Below, piece by piece: positions 17,808 to 28,038 of a DNA stretch of 64,000 nt. This stretch comes from Treponemataceae bacterium (GTDB lineage: Bacteria > Spirochaetota > Spirochaetia > Treponematales > Rectinemataceae), in NCBI GenBank assembly GCA_963677895.2, contig CAXXGJ010000018.1:520057-584056 (forward strand). The letters run 5' to 3'. Within the stretch, counting starts at the first letter, position 1. Each line of letters opens with the position of its first letter. Under the pieces are notes generated by a model. That model worked only from the letters and a program-made list of their open reading frames with translations. It was not told the origin of the DNA and did no database searches. Made by a program: the position numbers and the translations under genes.

Positions 17808-19052
17808 ATGAAACGAACGGTATTGGTGCTGGCTGCTCTGCTCGCCCTATGCGCGGCGGTGATCCCCGTCGCGGCCCAGACGAAGCTCAAGGTATGGTAC
17901 GCCATTTCGGGAGATTCGGGCGAAGCGTTCAAGGCGATGCTGGAAAAATACGACGCGGCGAACGACGACGTCGCGCTCGAGTATTCCTATTCGGGCAACT
18001 ACGGCGACACGGCCACGAAGGTCAGCGCCGCCCTGGTATCCAACACGGCCCCCGACGTCGCGCTGATGGCGGCGGGACCTCTCTACACGGGCGCCCGCAA
18101 CGACTTCTTCATCGAAGAGAAAATCAACGAGCCCGATTTCCAGAAGAACGACATATACCCCGGCGTGTGGGACTACGCCAAATTCAACGGCAGGATATGC
18201 GCGGTTCCCTACGGCATCTCCACGCCTGTTCTCTACTACAACAAGGCCGTCATCGAAAAGGCCGGAATCAGCCTCAAGAATCCGCCCAAGACATGGGCCG
18301 AATTCGTCCCGATCGCCAAGGCCGCCCAGGCCAAGGGCAATATCAACGGCGGCGCCGATTTCTGGGGCTTCGATGTCACGGACGTGGGCTGGCTCTTCAA
18401 GACAATGCTCAACCAGAACGGGAACGGCGTCATCTCGGTGAAAGGCACTAAAATCGCGCCCGCCTTCGACGACGAAAAAGCCGTCGAAGTGGCCACCTTC
18501 TGGGAAAAGCTCACCGCCGATAAGCTGATGGCGGTTGGACAGCATTCCAACGCCGAGAAGAAGTTCCTCGCCGGGAACCTGGCTTTCCTCGTGGCCACAT
18601 CGGCCAGGATAGCCCGCTGGTCGGCCGACCCCACGCTGAAGATCGGCGCCATCCCGATGCCCTATTTCCAGAAACCCTCGGTAGCCTTAGGCGGCAATGT
18701 CCTCATCATCCTCAGCAAGGATCAGAAGATGAAGGAAGCTTCCTGGAAGCTCGTGAAGTACCTCGCCAGCAAGGAAAACCAGACCACCTTCGCCTTGAAG
18801 ACCGGCTATCTGCCGATACGCAAATCGGGTCTCAGCCTTCCGGCGGCAGCGGCGGCGGTCGAAAAGAACGCGATGTTCTCGGTCGCCTTCGATCAGCTCG
18901 ACAACAGCTGGTCATACTGGCATTTCGACCAGATGGGTACCATGGACCAGATTCTGGCGCAGACGATAGACACCATCGAGCGAAAGGTCCGCGATCCGAA
19001 GGCGGCGCTCGAGAAAGCCGCGGCCGAACTCCAAGCCGAAATCGACGGCTGA
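17808..19052 (+). CDS. ABC substrate-binding protein, UgpB-like
   Basis: Signal peptide, STPVLYYNK, PPKTW, TGYLPI. Confidence 0.9.
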   Translation: MKRTVLVLAALLALCAAVIPVAAQTKLKVWYAISGDSGEAFKAMLEKYDAANDDVALEYSYSGNYGDTATKVSAALVSNTAPDVALMAAGPLYTGARNDFFIEEKINEPDFQKNDIYPGVWDYAKFNGRICAVPYGISTPVLYYNKAVIEKAGISLKNPPKTWAEFVPIAKAAQAKGNINGGADFWGFDVTDVGWLFKTMLNQNGNGVISVKGTKIAPAFDDEKAVEVATFWEKLTADKLMAVGQHSNAEKKFLAGNLAFLVATSARIARWSADPTLKIGAIPMPYFQKPSVALGGNVLIILSKDQKMKEASWKLVKYLASKENQTTFALKTGYLPIRKSGLSLPAAAAAVEKNAMFSVAFDQLDNSWSYWHFDQMGTMDQILAQTIDTIERKVRDPKAALEKAAAELQAEIDG

Positions 19053-19056
19053 TTCG

Positions 19057-19845
19057 ATGAACAAGTATTCCTTTTCCACGGCCGCGCTCTATCCGAGAAG
19101 CGCGGCCGAGAGCCTGCGCCTCATCAGGGGCGCGGGCTTCTCTCACGCCGAGCTGATGCCCCAGTGCTTTTCCGAAGCCCGCGAAACCTTCGCCCTGGAC
19201 GCCGAGAAGTGCGGGATACATGTCGCCTCCGTCCATTATCCCCTCGCCATGTTCTCCATGCTCTACAACGCGGGGGAGGGCATGACAGCCGAGGCGCGGA
19301 GCTTCGGAACCGGACTCGTGCGGCTCTGTTCGCGGCTCGGGGCAGAGGTCCTCGTCGTCCATCCCCATGAGCCGCAGAAAGATCCCGCGCTCCGGCTCCT
19401 CCTCGAGGAGCCGATACGGCGGAACCTCCAGCTTCTGGGCGAAGCCTGCGAAGCGGCGGGCCTGACGCTCGCGATAGAGAACAACCCCAAGGGGCCGGGC
19501 AGGACGCCCTCCGGCCTGCTCTCCTATATCGCTTCCCTGGGAGCGGGACCGGCGGCCTGGCCGATGGTGGATACCACCGAAGCCTGCGAGGCGGAGGAAG
19601 ATCCCGCGGCCTTCATTTCGGCTGTGAAACCGCGGCATATGCACTTAAGCGACCACGCGGGCGATAAAAAACATATTCCCGCCGGCGAGGGGGAGAACGA
19701 TTGGGCCGCGATCAAGAAAGCCCTCGCGGACTATGAAGGCTACTACACGCTCGAACCCCTCTACCGCTTCTATATCGACGAGCCGGAAAAGAAACTCGCG
19801 AAGGCATACGACTTCATCGCCGGGCTCATGGAGGCCGGCGCGTGA
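19057..19845 (+). CDS. Sugar phosphate isomerase/epimerase (TIM barrel)
   Basis: AIENN, MVD, HMHLSD, H-IPAGEG, YTLE metal ligands. Confidence 0.85.
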   Translation: MNKYSFSTAALYPRSAAESLRLIRGAGFSHAELMPQCFSEARETFALDAEKCGIHVASVHYPLAMFSMLYNAGEGMTAEARSFGTGLVRLCSRLGAEVLVVHPHEPQKDPALRLLLEEPIRRNLQLLGEACEAAGLTLAIENNPKGPGRTPSGLLSYIASLGAGPAAWPMVDTTEACEAEEDPAAFISAVKPRHMHLSDHAGDKKHIPAGEGENDWAAIKKALADYEGYYTLEPLYRFYIDEPEKKLAKAYDFIAGLMEAGA

Positions 19846-20855
19846 GCGGAGGCAGGTATCCCGCGGCCGGCATCCGGTCCATGCTCGAGGCCTTCGCCGT
19901 AGGGGATGCCCTGGGCATGGCCACCGAATTCATGACGCGACAGGAGATCCGCGACCGTTTTGGCTTCGTGGAGGGGCTAATCGCGCCTGAATTGTCGAAA
20001 AACCACGCCGATCTGCGCAGAGGCCAGGTGACCGACGACACGGAACAGGTTCTGGCCCTCCTGGACGAGTACCTCCTCCGCGGGAGGATAGACCCGCGCG
20101 AGACGGCCGAAAGGCTCCTGCGCTGGGTACGGGAGAGCGGCGCCATCGAAAAGCGCTATATCGGTCCCAGCTCGAAAGCCGCCCTTCAGGCGATATCCGG
20201 CGGGGCGGATCCCGCCGTCACCGGACTCGGCGGAACCACCTGCGGGGGCGTGATGCGCAGCCCCGCCGCCATTCTTTTCGCGCTTTGCGCCGGACTGTCC
20301 ATCGAAAAAAGCGTCCATGACTGTCTTCTGCCCACGCATAATACGAGGCCAGCCCTGGAAGCGGCCACCGCGTACGCCTACGCGCTGCGGGAAGCTCTCG
20401 GCGGCGGGGATATACCGGAAATCATGGCGGCCGCCGGCGTGGGAGCCGAGGCTGGGGTAGCCCTCGCTCCCTGGAATACCTGCGGTCCGTCGCTGCGGGC
20501 GCGCCTGGAGCATTTCGCGGCGGCCGAACCAGGATTCGCGAGCCCCGACGATGCCCTGGACTTCCTCTACTACGTGTACGGAACGGGACTGGAATCCGTC
20601 GACGTAGCTTCCGCGGCCCTCTGCGTCTTTTCCCGCGCTCCTCAGGATACGTGGCTCTGCCTGCGGATGGGTGCTTCCGTCGGAGGCGACACCGACACCA
20701 TTGCGGCCCTGGCGGGCATGCTTTCGGCGGCTTATCTTGCGGCCCGCGGGAAAAGCCACGATATCCCTGCCGAGGTGCTGGACGACGTGATGCAATGCAA
20801 CGGGCTGGATCTTGTTTCCTTGACCGACAGGCTCGCGGTTGTCGATGAGCGCTAA
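19842..20855 (+). CDS. ADP-ribosylglycohydrolase family protein, YegU-like
   Basis: GDALGMATE, TDDTEQ, GGDTDTIAALAG. Confidence 0.92.
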   Translation: MSGGRYPAAGIRSMLEAFAVGDALGMATEFMTRQEIRDRFGFVEGLIAPELSKNHADLRRGQVTDDTEQVLALLDEYLLRGRIDPRETAERLLRWVRESGAIEKRYIGPSSKAALQAISGGADPAVTGLGGTTCGGVMRSPAAILFALCAGLSIEKSVHDCLLPTHNTRPALEAATAYAYALREALGGGDIPEIMAAAGVGAEAGVALAPWNTCGPSLRARLEHFAAAEPGFASPDDALDFLYYVYGTGLESVDVASAALCVFSRAPQDTWLCLRMGASVGGDTDTIAALAGMLSAAYLAARGKSHDIPAEVLDDVMQCNGLDLVSLTDRLAVVDER

Positions 20856-22137
20856 AAGAAAGATTCTCCATAAAAACGCATTCGCCTGCCTCGTCTTTCT
20901 TCCTTTCTGGGGCATTTCCTATTCTTTGAGCTTTTTCTACCTTGGCCTCTACTTCAGGGAGTTCGGCGTGAGCGACGCTCAGCTGGGCTTCCTCGTGACG
21001 GCCGGCGCCGGCGCTTCCATCATCTTCTCCTTCCTCGCCGCGCCCATCGTGGACAGATTGGGCCGCAGGAGAGCCACGCTCATTTTCGACATCCTGGGCA
21101 CGGCCCTGCCTTTCCTCATCTACGCGCTGCACGGAAGCTTCGTCTTCGCCCTGGCGGGCACGATTCTGTCCAACGCGAGCAAGGTGACGAACATCGGCTA
21201 TTATCTTCTGATGACCGAGGATTCGGGAAACGGGGAAAGAGCGGACGCGTTTAACATTTTCAACATAATCATCATCGCCTCGGGTCTTCTCGTGCCCGTG
21301 GCGGGTAGTTTCGTCGCGCGCGCCGGCCTGGTGCGGGCCGAACGCGTTTTCCTTTTCGTGTCGGCCGCGGTGATCGCCGGGGCGGCCTTCGGCCGGAATC
21401 ATTTCGCCGTCGAAACGGCCGCGGGCAAGGCCATGATCGAGAAAGCCAAGACCGGGAAGCGTCGCGTGGCGATACTGGGCTCCTATGAGGCCGCCCTGCG
21501 CTTCATCCGCGCGAACAGGGCCGCGGCGGCCGCCGTCGCCGCGAATGTGCTTTTCTATGTGTACTATCTCGTGGGCACGAACAGCAGCCTCTATTTCGCG
21601 CCGTTTTTCGCCGACGCCCTCGGCATGGACGCGTCGCTGGTGAGTCTCGTCGGCGCCCTGTATTCAGGCGGCACGCTCTTCGCGATGCTCTTCCTCAACC
21701 CGCCCCTGTTCCGGCGCCTGGGGCCGGCGCGATGCTCGATCTTCGGCGCCGCGCTCAACATGGCGGGCTTCATACCCCTGGTTTTCCTGCGGCGCGCGGC
21801 GCCCGTCTGGGCCATGGGAGCGGTACTGGTCTCGTCGGTCGGGTTCGGGATGCTCAAGTCGGCCATCGACGCGGCGCTCGCGACCTGCACCGGCGACATC
21901 TCTTCAGGGGAGAGATTGTCGGCAGGCGAAGAGGCGAGGGCGGGCATTTATTCCATCGCGAACCTCGCCTCTTCCGCGCTCGGCATGGGGGCGGGGGCGC
22001 TCTGCGGCCTCTTCTATCCTTCCCTGCCGCAGTTCATACCTTTGATTTCAATCGCGATTCTGGCCCTCATCGCCGGATTGCTTCTGCGGGCGAATCGCCC
22101 GGCTTCTCAGTCCGCCTTTTCCCGCCGGATATCATAG
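20845..22137 (+). CDS. MFS transporter
   Basis: DRLGRR motif A, about 12 hydrophobic segments. Confidence 0.88.
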   Translation: MSAKRKILHKNAFACLVFLPFWGISYSLSFFYLGLYFREFGVSDAQLGFLVTAGAGASIIFSFLAAPIVDRLGRRRATLIFDILGTALPFLIYALHGSFVFALAGTILSNASKVTNIGYYLLMTEDSGNGERADAFNIFNIIIIASGLLVPVAGSFVARAGLVRAERVFLFVSAAVIAGAAFGRNHFAVETAAGKAMIEKAKTGKRRVAILGSYEAALRFIRANRAAAAAVAANVLFYVYYLVGTNSSLYFAPFFADALGMDASLVSLVGALYSGGTLFAMLFLNPPLFRRLGPARCSIFGAALNMAGFIPLVFLRRAAPVWAMGAVLVSSVGFGMLKSAIDAALATCTGDISSGERLSAGEEARAGIYSIANLASSALGMGAGALCGLFYPSLPQFIPLISIAILALIAGLLLRANRPASQSAFSRRIS

Positions 22138-24325
22138 AGTTCCAGCTGAGGTTTCTCCTCACCGTTCCACTTGTTGAGCGTCACCTTGAAGAGCAGATCG
22201 ACGCGGTCTTTCGCCTTGAAGGAAAAATCCCTCTCCAGGCGCTCAGCGCCGTCCCAGAGAAGGGCCGGCCATTTGTAGCTGCCGAAGTCGAGGGTGAGTT
22301 TGAGGTGGCTCTTGGCCGATTTGCCCACGATCTGGGCGTCTACCATCGGAACGCCGCGGGCGAGGAACACGAGAGGCCGGTTTTCCTCCCCGAAGGGTTC
22401 GAAACGCGAATAGACCTTCTGGAGTTCGGGGCGCAGGTAGCTGTGTGGCAGTTCGGCGTCGACGGTGATGGTCTCCTCGGCGCTCGCCATCTCGGCGGCT
22501 TTGAGATGGGATGAAGCGATCGAAACGAAGGATTCCCAGTTTTCCGGAGGCATGGAGAAACCGGCGGCCGCGTCGTGCCCGCCATAGTCGATGAAAAGAT
22601 CGGCGCAGGCGGCGAGAAGGCCCGATATCCTGAAGTTGTTGGCCGTGCGGACGGATCCGACGACGCTTCCGTCTTCCTTGAAGGCCGCGACTATGGCGGG
22701 CACCTTGAAGGTCCCCACCATGCGGGAGGCGAGGAGACCCGTGATGCCGGGCTTCACGAGGGGCGAACCCAGGAGGATGAAGCGGCTGTCGTTCTTCTCG
22801 AAGCTTTCGCGCGCCAGGGGATAGACCGCTTCCCAGGTATCCGAGCCCATCTTCTTGCGTTCGTTGTTCGCCTGGATGATGTCCTCGACGGCCTTCGTCC
22901 TCGCGGCGGGTCGTCGGAGATGAGGAGGTCGAGGGCTATGTCGGGCTTTCCTATCCTTCCCGCGGCATTCAGCAGGGGCGTGACCTGCCAGGCGATTTCC
23001 GTGGAACTAAGGCCCTTACCGAGCCCCTGGACCTGGAGAAGTTCCCTCAGGCCCTTGCGCGGCGTCGAAGCTATCGCTTCGACGCCGCGCTTCACGATGA
23101 TCCTGTTCTCGTCGCGGAGCGGCATGAGATCGGCTATCGTCCCGAGCGCGGCGAGCTGGATCAGCGCCTCTCCTTCCTCGGACTGGGAACCCAGCCTGCG
23201 CTGGGCCAGGACGGTGAAAAGCGTCTTCAGGACATCGATGTCGCCCGTTTCGGAGGAGGAATAGCGGGCAATCCTCAGGACCGAGGTAAGCTCGGAGAGC
23301 GACTTCCCCGCGAAATGCGGAAACAAAGCCGTGATCTCGTCGGCGATATCGTAGCTTTCGATATCCACGTTGGGCCCGAAAATGCCGCGCGAGACGCGGT
23401 TCTGGATCGCCTTCTGCCAGACGAAAATCGAACGTCCCTGGAGGAAGCGGGCGATTTTTTCGAGCACGGCCGAAGTCCTGGGCGAACCTTCCTCCAGCAG
23501 CTCCGAGAAACGCGCCGTCTCGACGAGATTGTGAAGCTTTACGATTTCGATCTTGTAGCGCCTGACCCCGCTGTCGAGATCGCCGGCGCCCTCTTCCGGC
23601 TTGAAGGCGACGGCGCCCTCGGCCGCCTGGGTCCGGCCGGCCGGACCCGCCGCGCTCGTGATGGAGAGCAGGGCCACGGGCTGTTTGTAGAGACCTGTTT
23701 TCGCGAATGAAAGGGCTCTCGCGACCTTGTAGGCGACGCCGGCTCCCGCGAGATCGCGGAAGGGGTAGCCACAGCCTTCGATTTTCGGATCGATGACGGC
23801 CACGGCTTCGGGCGGAAATTCAGCCTGCAGCTTGTGATGGTCGCAGATGATGACATCGACGCCCAATTCGGCGGCGTGAGCCACTTCCTTGTGGTTCGAG
23901 ATGCCGCAGTCGACTGTGATGATGAGGCTTCCGCCTTCCCCGGCGAAATCGTTCACCGCGGCCACGGAGAGACCGTAAGCCTCTTCGCCTCGCGGCACGC
24001 GCCAGGTCGCGGCTATGCCCATCGAAGCGAGGGTCTCGACCATCAGGGTGGTCGCGGTCACGCCATCCGTATCGCTGTCGCCGAAAACCATCACCTTTTC
24101 GCCCTCGTCGGCGGCGAGGAGTATCCTGTCGACGGCGTCCTCCATGGATTCGAAGAGGAAGGGATTGTGGAGGTAGCGCGGATCGTTCTCGAGAAAGTAG
24201 AGCACCTGCTCGGGGCTCGTCACCTTCCTACGGGCCAGGATCGACGCGGTGAGCGTATCTATGTCGTAGCTGCGCGCCATGGACCTCACGAGCCCGGCGT
24301 CCAGGTCATCTTTTATCCATCTCAT
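22107..24325 (-). CDS. recJ: ssDNA exonuclease RecJ, frameshifted near 22908-22910
   Basis: GDSDTDG, DCG, DHH, LNAAGR in ORF 22754-24325; GGHDAAAG and PFGEEN in ORF 22107-22850; one extra G in the GGG run joins them. Confidence 0.9.
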
Positions 24326-25632
24326 GAAGCTGATAATTCCTCCAGTATCAAGGGCGAAGAAAGGGGAGCCTCCGGCGAGACGCGAAGCGCGTCGCCGGCC
24401 AGGATCGCGGCCGGCTCCAGGCAGGCTTCGTCCTTTCCGTAGATGCTGGCCACGAGATCGCCTCGCGTCACGCGATCGCCTTTCTTGCGTTCGAATATGA
24501 AACCGACGTCGGGACTAACCTTGTCGTCCGTGGTATTTCTTCCCACGCCGAGATGGACGCCGGCGATTCCTATCTTCCAGGCGTCTATGGAAGCGATATA
24601 GCCGCTCGCGGGAGCTCTCAGTTCGGCGCGGTACGGCGAGCGGTAGAGGCCCCGAAGCGAAGCGAGCCTGGCGAGATCGCCGCCCTGCCTCCCGACATTG
24701 GCGAGGAAAAGTTCCATGGCCCTTCCCGATTCGACGGCGCGCGCGCAGGTCGCCTCTCCCTCGGCCACCGAACCGGCTTTACCGGACGCGACAAGCATCC
24801 AGGCGCCCAGCCTGTAGACGAGTTCCATCACGTCGGCCGGCCCTCTGCCTTCGAGGCAATCCATCGTTTCCTCGATTTCGAAGAAGTTGCCGACCGTCCT
24901 GCCCAGGGGCTCAGACATGTCGGTGATGAGGGCGACGACGCGTTTGCCCATAGTCGTCCCCGTGCGCACGAGACTGGTCGCCAAAGCCCTGGCTTCGTCG
25001 AAGGTCTTCATGAAGGCGCCCGGACCCGATTTCACGTCGAAGACGAGGGCGTCAGCCCCTTCGGCCACTTTTTTCGAGAGAATGGAAGCGGTGATGAGGG
25101 GGATAGACTCGACCGTGGCCGTGACGTCGCGCAGGGCGTAAAGCCGCTTGTCAGCGGGCACGACGCGGGCCGTCTGTCCCGTCATCGCGAAACCGTCGGC
25201 CAGAATCCCTGAGCGGAATGCGGCGAGGTCCAGGCCGGTCCTGTAGCCCGGAATGGATTCGAGCTTGTCCAGCGTGCCGCCCGTATGGCCGAGGGCGCGG
25301 CCCGACATCATCGGCACCTTGGCGCCGCAGGCGGCCACGATGGGCGCGAGGGGCAGGGAAATCTTGTCGCCCACGCCGCCCGTCGAATGCTTGTCCACAA
25401 AGGGGCCAGGGATGCCCGAAAGATCCATCCTGTCGCCCGAGCCGAGCATGGCCGAGGTGAGCGCGGCCGTCTCCGCCGCCGTCATCCCTTTGAAGAATAT
25501 GGCCATGAGAAGGGCTGATATCTGGTATTCCGGAATTTCCGCGCTCACGTATCCATCGATGATGAAACCGATCTCCTCGTCCGAGAGCGCCAGACCGGAG
25601 CGTTTCTTCATGATTATATCCACGGCTCTCAT
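24322..25632 (-). CDS. pdp: Pyrimidine-nucleoside/thymidine phosphorylase
   Basis: DKHSTGGVGDK, SGRALGHTGGTLDKLESIPG. Confidence 0.95.
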   Translation of the reverse strand: MRAVDIIMKKRSGLALSDEEIGFIIDGYVSAEIPEYQISALLMAIFFKGMTAAETAALTSAMLGSGDRMDLSGIPGPFVDKHSTGGVGDKISLPLAPIVAACGAKVPMMSGRALGHTGGTLDKLESIPGYRTGLDLAAFRSGILADGFAMTGQTARVVPADKRLYALRDVTATVESIPLITASILSKKVAEGADALVFDVKSGPGAFMKTFDEARALATSLVRTGTTMGKRVVALITDMSEPLGRTVGNFFEIEETMDCLEGRGPADVMELVYRLGAWMLVASGKAGSVAEGEATCARAVESGRAMELFLANVGRQGGDLARLASLRGLYRSPYRAELRAPASGYIASIDAWKIGIAGVHLGVGRNTTDDKVSPDVGFIFERKKGDRVTRGDLVASIYGKDEACLEPAAILAGDALRVSPEAPLSSPLILEELSAS

Positions 25633-25668
25633 GCGTTTTCCTTTCTGCTCAGGGGCGGCGAAACCATG

Positions 25669-25708
25669 CGCGGGGACTCGCCATCAGATCTGATGGCGAG
25701 TCCCCGCG
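25669..25708. repeat. Perfect 40-bp palindrome with no spacer
   Basis: CGCGGGGACTCGCCATCAGA|TCTGATGGCGAGTCCCCGCG. Confidence 0.9.
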
Positions 25709-25780
25709 GCGCCGCGCATACATTCAACGTATCGGAACAACTATTATACTTCAAGAACAGGCTCGGGATAAAGTCTCCGT

Positions 25781-26542
25781 TCACTGGGACATCAGCGTGA
25801 GAAGCGTCCCTTCCGCCGCCTTCTGCGAGATGTAGTAGATGATCCCCTTCAGCGACGAGAGCGTCGCGTCATCGGCATGGATGGCCGAACTCTCGGCGAG
25901 GCTGCCCCGCGAGAAGCCGAGCAGGCAGTCCAGTTCGTCCTTCCCGAGAGGGAGTCCGTCACGGCCGCAGGAGTCGCAGACGAAACCGTCATGGGCCGCC
26001 GAATACTGCATTCCGGTAAGGGCTTCCCTCGCTCCGCCGTCGTGAAAGGCCAGTTTTTTTCCGCAGCCGGCGCAGCGTTCAAGATCGGGGCGCAGGCCCA
26101 TTATTTCCAGTATCTTCCAGAGATAGGCGAGGAGCGTCATGTCGGCTTTTTCGTCCTCTTCGTCGTTGAGAACCCTTAGGGCCTGGAGGGAAAGCTCCAA
26201 TACTTCCGCGTATTCCCCGCCGCAGCCCGAAGTCTTGATGATGAGCTCCGCGATGACGCTTGCCGACCAGAGCCTGGAATAGCTTTCGCGGAGCCTGGAG
26301 AAGGATTCGATGATGGAGAGATCGCTCAGCTTCCTGTAATGCTTGACGGGATCGGCGTAGATGAAGACCTTGGCGAATACGAAGGGCGAGGCTGAGGATC
26401 GCAGCGAGCTGCGCGGTCCCCCGAACACGAAAGCGTCGACGATGCCGGCTTCGGCGCTCAGCATGCTGACGATCCTGTCCCCGGAGGGGCTTTCCTTCGA
26501 GCGGAGGAAGAGGGCTTCGAAGCTTTCGTTGCGGTCAGGCAT
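25781..26542 (-). CDS. recO: DNA repair protein RecO
   Basis: N-terminal OB fold (DRIVSMLS), CxxC...CxxC zinc finger. Confidence 0.88.
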   Translation of the reverse strand: MPDRNESFEALFLRSKESPSGDRIVSMLSAEAGIVDAFVFGGPRSSLRSSASPFVFAKVFIYADPVKHYRKLSDLSIIESFSRLRESYSRLWSASVIAELIIKTSGCGGEYAEVLELSLQALRVLNDEEDEKADMTLLAYLWKILEIMGLRPDLERCAGCGKKLAFHDGGAREALTGMQYSAAHDGFVCDSCGRDGLPLGKDELDCLLGFSRGSLAESSAIHADDATLSSLKGIIYYISQKAAEGTLLTLMSQ

Positions 26543-27281
26543 CGCGGTCTTCTGTCCTTGAGTCCTTGTCGTCGACGATCCACCAATTGACGCCGCCGGA
26601 TTCGCCGCGGCTGAGCCTTTCCCGCTTCGCGCGTTCGAGCTTCGCCAGTTCCCGCTTTTTATAGCCGCGGGACCAGAGCCAAGACGAAACGAATCCCCCG
26701 ATATGGGCGAAGTAGGCCGTGCCTCCCGCGCTGAGTCCGGAAAGGCCTCCGGCGAGCTGGAGGAAGAACCAAAATCCTATGACGATCCAGGCGGAAAGGG
26801 CAGTCGGGATGAAGTTGAACAGAAGGACGATGACCTTGTTTCCTGGGAAGAGCACGAGATAGGCGGCGAGCACGCCGGAGATGGCCGCCGAGGCGCCTAC
26901 GAGGGGCACTTCGGCCGCCGCTCCGCCTATGGCGAGGGCCGCGGCTACATGGGCGAGGACGCCGATCGTACCCGAAATCAGGTAGAGGACGATGAAACGC
27001 CTGCGTCCTATCCTGCATTCCACGTTGTCGCCGAAAATGCCGAGAAAGAGCATGTTGCCCGCGAGATGGGCGAGTCCCCCATGGGCGAACTGGCTGGTGA
27101 GGAGGTTCAGCAAGCCTCGCCCGCGCGCTATCTCCGAAGGTATCGCGGCGAGGGCGAGGGTCGGGAGGTCGGCGCCGAAATCCTGGATGAAGATGAAGAC
27201 GGCGACGTTTATCGCGATGAGGCTCCAGGTGGCGGCCGCCGAGCCTCGTCCGCAGGAATTCTGATCTCCTATCGGAAGCAT
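26535..27281 (-). CDS. Rhomboid intramembrane protease
   Basis: HLAGNMLFL, GASAA, AHIGGF; RBS GGAGGAG. Confidence 0.9.
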   Translation of the reverse strand: MLPIGDQNSCGRGSAAATWSLIAINVAVFIFIQDFGADLPTLALAAIPSEIARGRGLLNLLTSQFAHGGLAHLAGNMLFLGIFGDNVECRIGRRRFIVLYLISGTIGVLAHVAAALAIGGAAAEVPLVGASAAISGVLAAYLVLFPGNKVIVLLFNFIPTALSAWIVIGFWFFLQLAGGLSGLSAGGTAYFAHIGGFVSSWLWSRGYKKRELAKLERAKRERLSRGESGGVNWWIVDDKDSRTEDRDA

Positions 27282-27407
27282 GCCAATACTCCTCCCCTCG
27301 GGAAAATATAGTGCAAAGTACCCGCGAAGGCTACTGGGAAAAGGACGGACGATGACCGGTTCGGGCCACGGTTGAAGCGGCCAGCGTAATATGGTATTAC
27401 TTTGGCG

Positions 27408-28034
27408 ATGACCAAAGCATTGATGTTCGATCTCGACAACACGCTCTATTCCGAAAAGACAGGCATGGAAACGCAGGTCGTCGAGAGGATAAACGGATTC
27501 GTATCCGGTTTCCTCGGATGGCCTCCCGAGGAAACGAACCTCCGACGCCGCGAAGGCGCGAAGCGTTTCGGCACGACCCTCGAATGGCTCGTCTACGAAA
27601 AAGGCCTGAAAGACGTCGATGCTTATTTTTCCTTCACCCATCCCGAGGGGGAGGAAGCCTGCCTTACGATCGATGATGGAGTGAAGGGTATTCTCGATTC
27701 CCTGGACTATCCGAAAGTAGTGCTGACGAACGCGCCCATGGAGCACGCGATGCGAGTGCTGCGCAAGCTGGATATCCTGGACCGCTTCAAGGGAATTTAT
27801 GACATCAGATTTAATGGCCTCGTGGGCAAACCTCATCCCAAATCATATCTGCGCGTCCTGGAAGCGTCGGGTTTCTCCGCCGAAACGACGGTGTTCATAG
27901 ACGACAGCCCCAAATACGTCAAGGGCTATCTCGCGTTGGGCGGCAGAGCCATCCTCAAGGACGAAGGCGAACGATTCCTCGGACACGGATACGAGCGCAT
28001 CACAACGTTGAAGGAACTCGCGGCCCTGCTTTGA
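27408..28034 (+). CDS. HAD hydrolase, pyrimidine 5'-nucleotidase-like
   Basis: FDLDNTLY, LTNA, KP, FIDD. Confidence 0.88.
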   Translation: MTKALMFDLDNTLYSEKTGMETQVVERINGFVSGFLGWPPEETNLRRREGAKRFGTTLEWLVYEKGLKDVDAYFSFTHPEGEEACLTIDDGVKGILDSLDYPKVVLTNAPMEHAMRVLRKLDILDRFKGIYDIRFNGLVGKPHPKSYLRVLEASGFSAETTVFIDDSPKYVKGYLALGGRAILKDEGERFLGHGYERITTLKELAALL

Positions 28035-28038
28035 GTTT

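Noticed and set aside
22107..24325. recJ as a true split gene or programmed frameshift
   Set aside because: A single missing G in a short run, no slippery heptamer, and similar indels elsewhere point to sequencing error
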